Source: an uncultured Candidatus Saccharibacteria bacterium
GTDB taxonomy: Bacteria; Patescibacteriota; Minisyncoccia; UBA6257; 1-14-0-10-44-23
Length of the DNA: 64,000 bases
Direction of reading: 5' to 3'
NCBI GenBank assembly: GCA_964641225.1
Contig: CAZXKC010000002.1
Location: forward strand, 52,893-116,892
In this document: positions 46,499 to 54,918 of the stretch, piece by piece
Numbering within the stretch: the first letter of the stretch is position 1
How the letters are laid out: each line of letters starts with the position of its first letter
Made by a program: the position numbers and the translations under genes
Notes under the pieces: generated by a model
Told to the model about the DNA's origin: nothing
Databases searched by the model: none
The model's input: only the letters and a program-made list of their open reading frames with translations

Positions 46499-46783
46499 AT
46501 GCTTTCAATTCGATTAAAACGTATCGGTAAGAAACACCAGGCGGCTTTTCGTTTGGTTATCGGTGAGCGCCGCAGCAAGCTTAAGGGCGATTCGCTCGAG
46601 GATTTGGGATGGTACAACCCGCGTGTTAAAAAAGGAGAGTTTAACAAGGAGCGTGTGAACTACTGGCTTGGCGTTGGTGCGAAAGCCTCCGACACAGTGC
46701 ACAATCTGCTGGTAACTCACGGAGTGATCACTGCAGAGAAGCGTGCAAATCACGAGATCAAGAAGGTGAAAGAGAAGAAATAG
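46499..46783 (+). CDS. rpsP: 30S ribosomal protein S16
   Basis: MLSIRLKRIGKKHQAAFRLVIGERRSKLKGDSLEDLGWYNP. Confidence 0.9.
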   Translation: MLSIRLKRIGKKHQAAFRLVIGERRSKLKGDSLEDLGWYNPRVKKGEFNKERVNYWLGVGAKASDTVHNLLVTHGVITAEKRANHEIKKVKEKK

Positions 46784-46795
46784 GAGTTGAATATG

Positions 46796-46835
46796 TCCGG
46801 GCGGCGCGCAAGCGCCGCCCGGATTCGTTTGCGTA
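46796..46835 (+). terminator. Rho-independent terminator (ccgggcggc…gccgcccgg family)
   Basis: tccgggcggcgcgcaagcgccgcccgga followed by ttcgtttgcgtatttt. Confidence 0.55.
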
Positions 46836-46901
46836 TTTTGTAATTTTTGTTTAGAATAATTTTATTATCAGAAAAAGGTCGTTTCGACAGAACATGATTG
46901 T

Positions 46902-47357
46902 ATGGCAGAAAAGTTTCTTGATCAGGAGTTTTTAGATTATTTAGTAAAGTCTATCGTTGATCACCCGGAGGAGGTCAAAGTTGAGCGCAGTATCGATGAC
47001 TTGGGGGTATTGCTTCGCCTGAAGGTTCATAAGGAGGATATGGGTCAGGTAGTTGGTCGGCAGGGTGCGACGGCAAAGGCGATTCGTTCGCTGCTTCGTA
47101 TTGTCGGCATTAAGCACCAGGCACGCGTGAATTTAAAGATTGAAGAGCCGGAGGGTTCAACCCACGTTCGTCCGGAAACTGCTCCTCGTCCGATTGCTCC
47201 ACGTCAGACGCAGACAACGTCATACGGCGCAGGAGGCGCACCCGCCTTCGCTGAAGCTTCGGCGGGCAAGCCCGCAGCGCGCGTAGAAGATTCCGGGCCC
47301 TATGTCCCGAGCACTCCGAAGTTTGACGGTCCGATCGCAGATGAACTGAAGTTCTAA
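46902..47357 (+). CDS. KH-domain RNA-binding protein (YlqC/UPF0109-like) with a C-terminal extension
   Basis: …KVHKEDMGQVVGRQGATAKAIRSLLRIV… is a KH GxxG core. It lies between rpsP and trmD, as in many bacteria. Confidence 0.8.
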   Translation: MAEKFLDQEFLDYLVKSIVDHPEEVKVERSIDDLGVLLRLKVHKEDMGQVVGRQGATAKAIRSLLRIVGIKHQARVNLKIEEPEGSTHVRPETAPRPIAPRQTQTTSYGAGGAPAFAEASAGKPAARVEDSGPYVPSTPKFDGPIADELKF

Positions 47358-47368
47358 GAATGATTTTG

Positions 47369-47394
47369 CAAAACCGCCTTCGGGCGGTTTTGTG
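47369..47394 (+). terminator. Rho-independent terminator
   Basis: caaaaccgccttcgggcggttttgtg. Confidence 0.6.
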
Positions 47395-47407
47395 TTAAGA
47401 TAAAAAT

Positions 47408-47665
47408 ATGAAGCATAAGATTTTGTTTTGGCTAGGCATACTATTTTTAGTAATTGCAGTTCTATGCGCAGTCTCCGTTTTCACGATTGAGCGACATGTT
47501 GAGCTTGGTGGATTGATCACTGCACCTGCTGGTTTCTGCGCTGCAATAATTGGTTTCATGCTGCTTATATTGGCGACTAATTCAGGGAGTAGGCTGCGGT
47601 CCCGGATTATGTGGAGTATTTTTTGTCTTAGTCTCGTAGTTCTTATCGCTCAGTGGATATTGTAG
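47408..47665 (+). CDS. Small membrane protein
   Basis: 85 aa with three hydrophobic helices. Confidence 0.4.
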   Translation: MKHKILFWLGILFLVIAVLCAVSVFTIERHVELGGLITAPAGFCAAIIGFMLLILATNSGSRLRSRIMWSIFCLSLVVLIAQWIL

Positions 47666-47710
47666 GGTATTGATTGCATTTTTAATTTTATCGTGGTAAA
47701 ACTATGTACC

Positions 47711-48376
47711 ATGATGAAATTCGATATTCTAACGATTTTCCCGAAAATGCTCGACTCGTACATCTCCGAGTCGATTTTAAAGCGCGCCCAGGAAAAGAAA
47801 CTGATTAAGATTGTGGGACACGATATTCGAGCCTTTTCAAAAGATAGGCACAAAAAGGTGGACGACCGGCCATATGGCGGCGGCGCAGGGATGGTAATGA
47901 GCTTTCAGCCAATTGCCGATGCTGTTGCTAAACTAAAAACTAGAAACAAGAAACTAAAAACAAGAATAATTTTATTTTCAACCCGCGGAAACGTATTCAC
48001 AAATAAAGATGCAAAGAGGCTCGCAAAATACGATCAGCTCATTTTTATCTGCGGCCGTTACGAGGGAGTTGATCAGCGTGTCGCAGAGTATGTTGCTGAC
48101 GAGGAAATTTCTTTAGGTGATTACGTTATTACGGGCGGAGAGCTTGCTGCCGGAATCGTCATTGACGCAGTTTCACGTCAGATTCCTGGCGTGCTTGGTA
48201 AAACCGAATCACTCGAGGAGCAACAGGGAAGTTATCCAACATACACGAAACCGGAGATAATCAAAGACAAAAAGAAAACGTTGCGCGTGCCAAAGGTTTT
48301 AACAGAAGGAAATCATAAGTTGATTAACGAGTGGCGCGCTCAAAACGGCCTGTCGCGTGAGAGATCGAATTCATAA
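47711..48376 (+). CDS. trmD: tRNA (guanine37-N1)-methyltransferase
   Basis: MMKFDILTIFPKMLDSYISESILKRAQEKKL…YGGGAGMVM. The ORF-track start at 47693 is a GTG; ATGATG at 47711 is more likely. Confidence 0.9.
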   Translation: MMKFDILTIFPKMLDSYISESILKRAQEKKLIKIVGHDIRAFSKDRHKKVDDRPYGGGAGMVMSFQPIADAVAKLKTRNKKLKTRIILFSTRGNVFTNKDAKRLAKYDQLIFICGRYEGVDQRVAEYVADEEISLGDYVITGGELAAGIVIDAVSRQIPGVLGKTESLEEQQGSYPTYTKPEIIKDKKKTLRVPKVLTEGNHKLINEWRAQNGLSRERSNS

Positions 48377-48488
48377 AGTCGTTGTTTCGCACGCGGGGGA
48401 TAAGCTAGGCTTGCAAGCGTTTTTTGTTAGGCGTATCCTAAGAGTGGAAGTCATTTTATGCGGCTATTTCTAGGGTGAGTCAGGGGTA

Positions 48489-48517
48489 TTGACTTTTTCT
48501 ACTAATAGGTGTATAAT
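48489..48517 (+). promoter_or_regulatory. Perfect-consensus sigma70 promoter driving a GC-rich island gene
   Basis: TTGACT, then 17 nt (ttttctactaataggtg), then TATAAT. A ~170-nt leader with hairpin ttcggacgg…ccgtccgaa follows. Confidence 0.6.
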
Positions 48518-48693
48518 ATATGCTAGTTCATTGAAAGCCAGTTTTTGGTTTGTTCTTCGTTTTCGGACGGGAATTCAGTGCTTTTAGGAGCTTTGAGTTT
48601 CCGTCCGAAATCCACGCGAACTTGAAGAGTCGACCTTGGGGGGTCGAACAGGTTCAGGGGGGATGAAGGACATCACTGTGCTGGGGGTGAGAG

Positions 48694-49083
48694 ATGCGTA
48701 AGAAGTCGTTGCATGCGTTTGCGGTAGCGGTCGCTATTGCCGCCGGTTCGTCAGAGGCGCTTGCAGAGCGCGATCCGGCAGAAGGTTGGCTCCGAGCAAA
48801 CGGCGTGTCGCATGCCGAAGCTCGGCTGCAGTCGGTGACGTGCGAGGCGGTCGTCAAGTGCGTGCGCAAGCTCTCGGGAAGGTCTCGATTCGAGGAGGCG
48901 GACGAGTTCACGGCGCGTGACCACGAACTGCGCGTGGAGCGGCGCGAGCGCCGTCTTTACGCCAAGCGCTATGCGCACGTCAATCTGAGCAGGTCGCTCG
49001 GAGAGACGACGCTGGCGGAGGTGATCGCCGACCTCAAGCGCAGTGAGCGACCCGTCATCGTTCGACGAGTGCTGGTCGCCTGA
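48694..49083 (+). CDS. Hypothetical secreted Arg/Glu-rich protein on a GC-rich island
   Basis: Signal peptide MRKKSLHAFAVAVAIAAGSSEALA. GC content is about 62%. No known motif. Confidence 0.5.
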   Translation: MRKKSLHAFAVAVAIAAGSSEALAERDPAEGWLRANGVSHAEARLQSVTCEAVVKCVRKLSGRSRFEEADEFTARDHELRVERRERRLYAKRYAHVNLSRSLGETTLAEVIADLKRSERPVIVRRVLVA

Positions 49084-49159
49084 AGTAGCTCGAGGAGCAT
49101 TCGCAGCTCCTCGACAATCGGCCCCGCGCGGTACACGCCGCGCGGGGCAGGGAGGGAAG

Positions 49160-49342
49160 ATGACACGAAGCAAGGTGCTCGAGGAGGCGCCAGCAGAAAT
49201 TGCTCGGCGACCTCGACTCTATGCTCCGACGCTCTGGTCGCGCATCAAGAAGATGTTCGATCGCTCTGGGCGGTCGGCAATCGACAGGTGGAAACGGGAC
49301 GCCCAGCGTGGCGTTCAGAAGGGAGATTTCACGGGGCTGTAA
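49160..49342 (+). CDS. Hypothetical small basic protein (60 aa) on the same island
   Basis: RBS gggagggaagATG preceded by hairpin ccccgcgcggtacacgccgcgcgggg. MTRSKVLEEAPAEIARRPRLYAPTLWSRIKKMF…. Confidence 0.3.
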   Translation: MTRSKVLEEAPAEIARRPRLYAPTLWSRIKKMFDRSGRSAIDRWKRDAQRGVQKGDFTGL

Positions 49343-49371
49343 TACTAAGGTGTTGCGGCCCCTTAGTGTTT

Positions 49372-49400
49372 ATTGACCTTTTGGCGCGTTTCCTGTATAT
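49372..49400 (+). promoter_or_regulatory. Consensus sigma70 promoter of rplJ-rplL
   Basis: TTGACC, then 17 nt, then TATATT. Confidence 0.6.
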
Positions 49401-49550
49401 TATCCACATCCGTAGAAAGGTGGTGAGCGAAAGCTCTTAATCTCCACCCGAGGAACGTCCAGTTACTTTTTTGTAATTGTTTCGGACCCTACGGCCCATA
49501 CGGGTCGTTTTTTATTAAAAACCCGGGTCGAATAAAAAAGTTTCGTATCT
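49401..49550 (+). promoter_or_regulatory. Structured 5' leader of rplJ (candidate L10-L12 autoregulatory leader)
   Basis: A ~150-nt leader with stem ccacatccgtagaaaggtgg and gaccctacggcccatacgggtc. The placement is canonical for the L10 leader. Confidence 0.35.
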
Positions 49551-50135
49551 ATGCTTACAAAAAAACAAAAGCAGGAGCACGTCGCAATGAGCTCAAAGCT
49601 CGTTACGGCAAGTAAGTCACTCGTGTTTGCCGATTTTACCGGTGCACCGACCAAAGAGGTTAACCGTCTCAAGGTTGAACTCAAGAAGGCCGGCGCAACG
49701 TTTAAGGTCGTCAAAAAGCGATTGCTTAAAATTGCCCTTAAAGAGGCTGGTATTCCAACCGATGCCCTCGAAGGCAAGAGTCAGGCGGCAACCGTGTTTA
49801 GCCCAGGTGATTTGACCTCAGTTGCCGGACCAATTTTCAAGTTCAGTAAAGAGCTTGCAAAGAGTAAGGTTGATTTCAAAGTACTTGGTGCGTATGACAG
49901 CGACCGCAAGGCTGCAATCAGTGTTGCCGAGTTTAACGTAATTGCTAAACTTCCGAGCCGCGAGGTTCTTCTTGCTCAGGTTATCGGCACGATGTCTGGT
50001 CCGCTCCGCAAGTTTATGATCGCTTTGCAAGAAATTGCGAAGAAGAAAGGGGAAGGTGCTCCGGCAGCTTCATCTGCGCCAGTCGCAGAGGTAGCCGCGC
50101 CTGCGCCCGAGGCTCCAGCCACACCCGCAGTCTAG
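49551..50135 (+). CDS. rplJ: 50S ribosomal protein L10
   Basis: …KSLVFADFTGAPTKEVNRLKVELKKAGATFKVVKKRLL… with an Ala/Pro-rich C-terminus. Confidence 0.9.
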   Translation: MLTKKQKQEHVAMSSKLVTASKSLVFADFTGAPTKEVNRLKVELKKAGATFKVVKKRLLKIALKEAGIPTDALEGKSQAATVFSPGDLTSVAGPIFKFSKELAKSKVDFKVLGAYDSDRKAAISVAEFNVIAKLPSREVLLAQVIGTMSGPLRKFMIALQEIAKKKGEGAPAASSAPVAEVAAPAPEAPATPAV

Positions 50136-50173
50136 TAAAGAAAAAGTAGTATTAAGTAAAAATTATTAATTAT

Positions 50174-50545
50174 ATGGCAGATTTTGACACAATCATCAGC
50201 GCCGTTGAGAAGCTCACAGTAGCTGAACTCAGCGAGCTCGTGAAGAAGATGGAGGAGAAGTTTGGTGTTTCAGCCGCTATGATGGCGGGTCCGGCCGCAG
50301 GTGGCGCAGCTGGCGGTGAGGCTGCTGAAGAGAAGACCGCGTACGACGTTGTTATTAAGTCGGGCGGCGAACAGAAGATCCAGGTCATCAAGGTTATCCG
50401 TGAGGCCACTGGTCTTGGTTTGAAGGAGGCTAAGGATATCGTTGACGGTGCTCCGAAGGCCGTTAAGACCGGCATGGCCAAGGCTGATGCTGATGAGCTC
50501 AAGAAGAAGCTCGAGGATGCAGGCGCAACCATTGAATTGAAATAA
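50174..50545 (+). CDS. rplL: 50S ribosomal protein L7/L12
   Basis: [35 protein letters not shown]…[26 protein letters not shown]. Confidence 0.95.
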   Translation: MADFDTIISAVEKLTVAELSELVKKMEEKFGVSAAMMAGPAAGGAAGGEAAEEKTAYDVVIKSGGEQKIQVIKVIREATGLGLKEAKDIVDGAPKAVKTGMAKADADELKKKLEDAGATIELK

Positions 50546-50554
50546 TGTTCTTAC

Positions 50555-50586
50555 AAAAAATCCCCGTACTATGCGGGGATTTTTTG
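50555..50586 (+). terminator. Rho-independent terminator
   Basis: aaaaaatccccgtactatgcggggatttttt. Confidence 0.65.
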
Positions 50587-50590
50587 TTTG

Positions 50591-50662
50591 TGCGTCTTGC
50601 TGGGATCGGACCAGCGGCCTTCTCAATGTGAATGAGACGCTCTACCACTGAGCTAAAGACGC
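50591..50662 (-). tRNA. tRNA-Val (CAC)
   Basis: Minus strand: GCGTCTT-TA-GCTC-AGTGGTA-GAGC-G-TCTCA-TTCACAT-TGAGA-AGGCC-GCTGG-TCCGATC-CCAGC-AAGACGC-A. Confidence 0.8.
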
Positions 50663-50686
50663 GTGGTGCAAGTATACAAAATCTAG

Positions 50687-51393
50687 CTACTTCTGCAAAG
50701 TCGATGTAATAAAATTATCGAGCAGTCGATCGCACTGTTGTTGCATCAGTTTTTCATTTTTTCTTGCCGCTGCCCTCAGAATATTCTCGTCAATTTCGTT
50801 TTCTTCATGAACCCATGCTTTATCAATCTCGGTCTGATTTTCAATCATTGCTGGCGTGAATTCAAAATGGAAAAGTGTGCCATATGCATTTTTATAACGG
50901 AATGCTTGATTTGTGCAGAGCGGGGAGGTGGCTAGTAGCGTTGCGCCAGTCGGCAGATCAAATGCGTCACCATGCCACTCCAGTACAGTTACCGGTGACG
51001 TAAATCCGGAAAAGAGAGGATCCTTTTTCCCGTCTGCCGTAAGTTCTATCTGGTAAAAACCAACTTCTTTGGCACGCGCGCCGTTTTGATATTTTTGAAA
51101 ACTTTTGCGCCCAAACAATGAGCAATCAATTGGCTTCCGAGGCAAAATCCAATCATCGGCAATGAGCCTATATTATCTTTGATAAATACCTCTTCATCTA
51201 CTTTTGATGGATATTTTTCATAAACACCCATAGGTCCGCCCATGATAAGTAAGGCATCATAGTCCTTCGCTTCAGGGATTTTATATGGCTCCCACAATTT
51301 TATTACATCGAGCGCGATATTATTCCGTCTCGCGTAATCACCAATAAGGCCGGGATGTTCGTGCGCAACATGTTGAAAAACAAGCCATTTCAT
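50687..51393 (-). pseudogene. Class-I glutamine amidotransferase (GATase1) gene with a frameshift in a homopolymer run
   Basis: Frame A (51046..51393) ends …PMIGFCLGSQLIAHCLGAKV (GxCxG active-site Cys). Frame B (50687..51145) continues …ARAKEVGFYQIELT…HGD…. Adding one A to the aaaa run (plus-strand tttt at 51083-51086) gives KNIKNGARAKEVGFY in one frame. Confidence 0.7.
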
Positions 51394-51889
51394 ATAAAAA
51401 TTTTATCATAAAATGAACACGGGCCGCCAAGGTAGGCGGCCCATGCAGTTCGTAAGTCCGAGGACTCCGAACGCAGCGTGCTCAGGCTAGCGTACCAGGT
51501 GCCCTACGCTAGCGAGTGAGTCGAGACTTGCATTTGCAAGTATCAGGCTCTTCAGGAGAAGAGTTTCTACGGCGTGAAATACGTCCGGTAGAAAGACCGC
51601 GACCGTCACAAGAGCAATTACGAAACCGATAGCTCGCGACATGTACGGGTGTACAGGGTGAGTGGTTAGAAATCGCGTGACGACCGCGATTCGTTCAGTA
51701 ATTTTGAACGAACTCCCTCCTGCATTCGGGTAACATCAAAGGATGCAGCGCGAATGCAGGAGAGATGCGGTAGCGGAGATTATGTTAAGGAGCTCTCGGT
51801 GTTCCGGGCACTATATCATATATGATATATTTCGTGCCAGCCGTCTCTGCTATCTTGTGCAACGGGCTATATTTGATATTGTTACTGCC

Positions 51890-52144
51890 ATGCTCACTCT
51901 TATTATCTGGATCTTCATCGGTATTATTGCGCTGACAATTTTGTATTATATCGGCGCCTTTATCTTTGCATTTTTGGGTGTTAAAAAAATCCTTACCTGG
52001 GCAACAGACGAGGCAAATCAGTTGCCAAAAGATTATGCTAAGTTGCGTAAGGAGGTTAAAAATGAAGGCAATAATCACTCGGAGTCGTTTGAGTCGTTTC
52101 TCAAAGGAGTGTTTGTACGCTGGTACGACAAGTTGTTTAAATAG
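51890..52144 (+). CDS. Small membrane protein (~84 aa)
   Basis: MLTLIIWIFIGIIALTILYYIGAFIFAFLGV… I chose the internal Met because the upstream part of the ORF-track frame runs through GC-rich non-coding-like sequence. Confidence 0.4.
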   Translation: MLTLIIWIFIGIIALTILYYIGAFIFAFLGVKKILTWATDEANQLPKDYAKLRKEVKNEGNNHSESFESFLKGVFVRWYDKLFK

Positions 52145-52156
52145 AGTGCAAGAAAC

Positions 52157-52185
52157 TAAAAACCGCCCCTCAGGGGCGGTTTTTA
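52157..52185. terminator. Bidirectional rho-independent terminator
   Basis: aaaaaccgcccctcaggggcggttttt. Confidence 0.65.
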
Positions 52186-52194
52186 GTGTGCGAC

Positions 52195-53838
52195 TTATTC
52201 GTAGCTGATAGTTAAGATGGAAAGCGGTAGCACGTTTTGGCTTAACTTGTGGAGTTGGCCTGCGGTATCCGTCCAAAGCGCATCCGTGCCTTCAGACATA
52301 GTAATGCCAAGCGCGTCTGCTGAACCTGCTGCGTTGTTGAAGTTACTCGAGTTAATGACCAGTTGAATTGATTTAGTAGTACCTGCAGAAAAGGTGTAGT
52401 TAGGAGAGAAGGTTACTGAACAACCTTTTACAGTTGGTGTGCAGGTCTCGAAACCAATCGTCTCTCCAAAGTTTGCGCCTGTCATAGTATCGCGCAGACT
52501 GATGGTAAAGGCGGGCGTGCCATTTGCCACAGCCTGACCCTGTAAATTTAGTGTGAATTTTTTCAGGGTAAGCTGTTGTGTGGCAGCGAAACTTATCAAC
52601 GACATCGTTTGTCCGCGGGCTGCTGAGGTTATTGGTTGGCTGTTTCCAATGATCGAGAGCTTAGTGTCTACAGTTGCCGTACTCGGATCGATGACAACAA
52701 CCGGGGGAGTTTCGCTCGGCGGTAAGACGGTCGGCAGCACGGTGATTTTAATATCTTTTTTGTCTAACCCGCCGCGACCATCGTAGACCATAACAGTGAT
52801 CGTTCTGTCGTATGCGGCAGAAACAATCGGCGGAGTCCAGGTGAACACGCCGCCAAGACCGGTGAGCGAGGCACCCGTTGGCATATTTGTTGCCATATAT
52901 ACGAGTGAATTGTTGTCTTCATCGGTCGCTGCAACGGTGAACATAAGAGTTTTGCCGCCCATTACGCTCTGGTTGCCGATAGTGTTTAATTTCGGTGAAC
53001 GATTTGGATCGGGAATAAAAATTTTATCAAGAATGCGGTAGCCGCTGCTTGGTTGGCCATACACTTTCTGAGCGATGTCGATTTCCCAGGTGCCATCAGC
53101 GGGCATGCTTGGGAAGGTAGCGCTATAGACTTTAAAGTGTCGATCGGCCTCCTGGTCACCCGACTCGGGCACATTGTCAAAGCGCATGCCAAGTTGCGGG
53201 CTGACATAATACGGAATACCACCCGGAACCTGGATTGAGTTGTTGCCATCAAGTGTGTGAGTGCGGCTGTACGCGTCCCAGCCATATCCGTCTATATCAG
53301 TTCCCGGAAGGAAGCTTGCAACAATTGAGACGGGAACTTTTGTTCCGCCCTTTTTAATATAGTAGGCCTTGAAGGTATGGCGATAATTTTTAGTCAGATC
53401 AAGTCCTCCTGTGGTTGTATCAATAGTCGCACCCCGATTAACGAACAGCTTACCGGCCTTCGGGCTAAATAAAAGTGCACCAACGGCTTGACCAGGAACA
53501 AGATCGCTTCCTGCCTGAAAATATTGTCCATTAGTATTCATGCTGGGCGTTGGCATAGAGTATGTACCTGCCGCATCAATTTTTTTGCTGTTTTGTAAGT
53601 TATCGGAAATCCATGCGGCGTTGCCGTATGTCCACGTTGAAAGCATTCGTGAGCCTGTCTCCACGGGGCCCGTGATGATAAATTTTTGCGCTGCGGCATC
53701 AACTGTCTGCAGGGAGGTTATTGATTGATTGGCGACATACAAAATTGTCATCGCCATGCCTGTAACCATTCCAATCATCAGCCATGCAAACGCGCCATGC
53801 ATGTGCATGCGGTGGATTCCTTTTTTATGGTGTTCCAT
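52195..53838 (-). CDS. Membrane-anchored surface protein with a cadherin-like 'putative Ig' domain
   Basis: N-terminal TM helix (AFAWLMIGMVTGMAMTILYV). …FTVAATDEDNNSLVYMATNMPTGASLTGLGGVFTWTPP… fits the dystroglycan/cadherin-like Ig domain pattern. Confidence 0.55.
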   Translation of the reverse strand: MEHHKKGIHRMHMHGAFAWLMIGMVTGMAMTILYVANQSITSLQTVDAAAQKFIITGPVETGSRMLSTWTYGNAAWISDNLQNSKKIDAAGTYSMPTPSMNTNGQYFQAGSDLVPGQAVGALLFSPKAGKLFVNRGATIDTTTGGLDLTKNYRHTFKAYYIKKGGTKVPVSIVASFLPGTDIDGYGWDAYSRTHTLDGNNSIQVPGGIPYYVSPQLGMRFDNVPESGDQEADRHFKVYSATFPSMPADGTWEIDIAQKVYGQPSSGYRILDKIFIPDPNRSPKLNTIGNQSVMGGKTLMFTVAATDEDNNSLVYMATNMPTGASLTGLGGVFTWTPPIVSAAYDRTITVMVYDGRGGLDKKDIKITVLPTVLPPSETPPVVVIDPSTATVDTKLSIIGNSQPITSAARGQTMSLISFAATQQLTLKKFTLNLQGQAVANGTPAFTISLRDTMTGANFGETIGFETCTPTVKGCSVTFSPNYTFSAGTTKSIQLVINSSNFNNAAGSADALGITMSEGTDALWTDTAGQLHKLSQNVLPLSILTISYE

Positions 53839-53947
53839 AGATATTATTTTTTTTGATTACCTTTTAGTATACAACACCTAGCTGCTCGTATATTCAGATT
53901 CTGTGTGCAGCAGCGTCAGTGGTGCACAGGATATACACAGTTTTGCT

Positions 53948-53975
53948 TTGACAGCGGATGCCGGTGTGGGATAAT
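53948..53975 (+). promoter_or_regulatory. Sigma70-type promoter of the dcw (mraZ) operon
   Basis: TTGACA, then 16 nt, then GATAAT. Confidence 0.5.
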
Positions 53976-53986
53976 CGTCAATGTAA

Positions 53987-54013
53987 GTGGGGAACTGTGG
54001 AGAAAGGTGGGGA
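53987..54013 (+). promoter_or_regulatory. Three direct GTGG(G/A)GA repeats on a 10-bp phase; candidate MraZ operator
   Basis: GTGGGGAactGTGGAGAaagGTGGGGA lies immediately downstream of the -10 element. E. coli MraZ binds GTGGG-type repeats with 10-bp spacing. Confidence 0.5.
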
Positions 54014-54415
54014 TAAGCCGCATTTCAGGGGATAACTTCTTGATTTACTGTTCGGGCAGCGCATGTCGATGCCGGGCTGGCATCGCATCCTATGCTCTCG
54101 CGCCGTCGCGCTGCGAGAATTGCCCGAGACAGCAAATCTTCGAAGTTTAACGAGGGGACAACAGAAAAAGTTGTCAGCAAAGAGCAGGACGAATACGAGC
54201 GCCTTCGGTAGCGATATTTCATTAACGCCCGTTGTGCAAGCTTAGGTGAGGACCATTTGTTCTGCTCTGTGCTCCAAGAGGCACAAAATTAAAAGTTAAG
54301 CGTTCGCAAGCTCACGCTTTCAAGGATCGCCGTCTCGTTTCTTAGTAACGAAACTCGCGGCACGCGCCTTGATGCGTTTTCTTAGAGCCTGCGGCGCAAA
54401 GGAATTATCAAGGGC

Positions 54416-54847
54416 GTGTTTATAGGCGAATACAAACACTCTATAGATGATAAAGGCCGCGTCGCCATCCCGGTGAAGTTTCGGTCTGATTTGAGTCATG
54501 CCGCGGTAATTACGCGCGGACTCGATCACTGTCTGTATGTATTTACCGCGACGGCGTGGCAGGAGATTGCCGGAAAAATTAAAGCCTTGCCGATGACAAA
54601 TGCAAACGCTCGCGCATTTCAACGATTGATGCTTGCTGGCGCAGTTGAAGTTGAACTTGATACTCAAGGCCGCGCACTGATTCCTGATTATCTTCGTGAA
54701 TATGCGAAGCTTGGAAAACAAACTGTGATTGCCGGTGTGTATGACCGTATTGAAATTTGGAACGAGGCTGCGTGGAACGAATATAAAACAAAGACTGAGG
54801 CGGCAGGCGATGAGATCGCGGAACGATTAGGCGAACTTGGTATATAA
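54416..54847 (+). CDS. mraZ: Transcriptional regulator MraZ
   Basis: MFIGEYKHSIDDKGRVAIPVKFR… with two SpoVT/AbrB-like halves. First gene of the dcw cluster. Confidence 0.9.
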   Translation: MFIGEYKHSIDDKGRVAIPVKFRSDLSHAAVITRGLDHCLYVFTATAWQEIAGKIKALPMTNANARAFQRLMLAGAVEVELDTQGRALIPDYLREYAKLGKQTVIAGVYDRIEIWNEAAWNEYKTKTEAAGDEIAERLGELGI

Positions 54848-54918
54848 AAACGATTGCGACCCACGACGAACGACTGAATCGCTTGAGTCGCTCGTCGTGG
54901 GTCGCCAGTCAAAACACA

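Noticed and set aside
51420-51740. Possible RNase P, SRP or tmRNA gene in the GC-rich non-coding block
   Set aside because: I checked by eye for the P4 GGAAAGUCCGGGCUCC, the SRP GGAAGGAAGCAGC and tmRNA tRNA-like 3' end signatures on both strands and found none. Only a loose AAGTCCGAGGACTCC resemblance is present.
54020-54410. Third copy of the RNA-like element in the mraZ leader (contains tcttagagcctgcggcgcaaagg)
   Set aside because: Only the ~11-nt stem segment matches. The conserved internal blocks (caaggagtag, ctacttcgagga, gagcaacgcgg) are absent.
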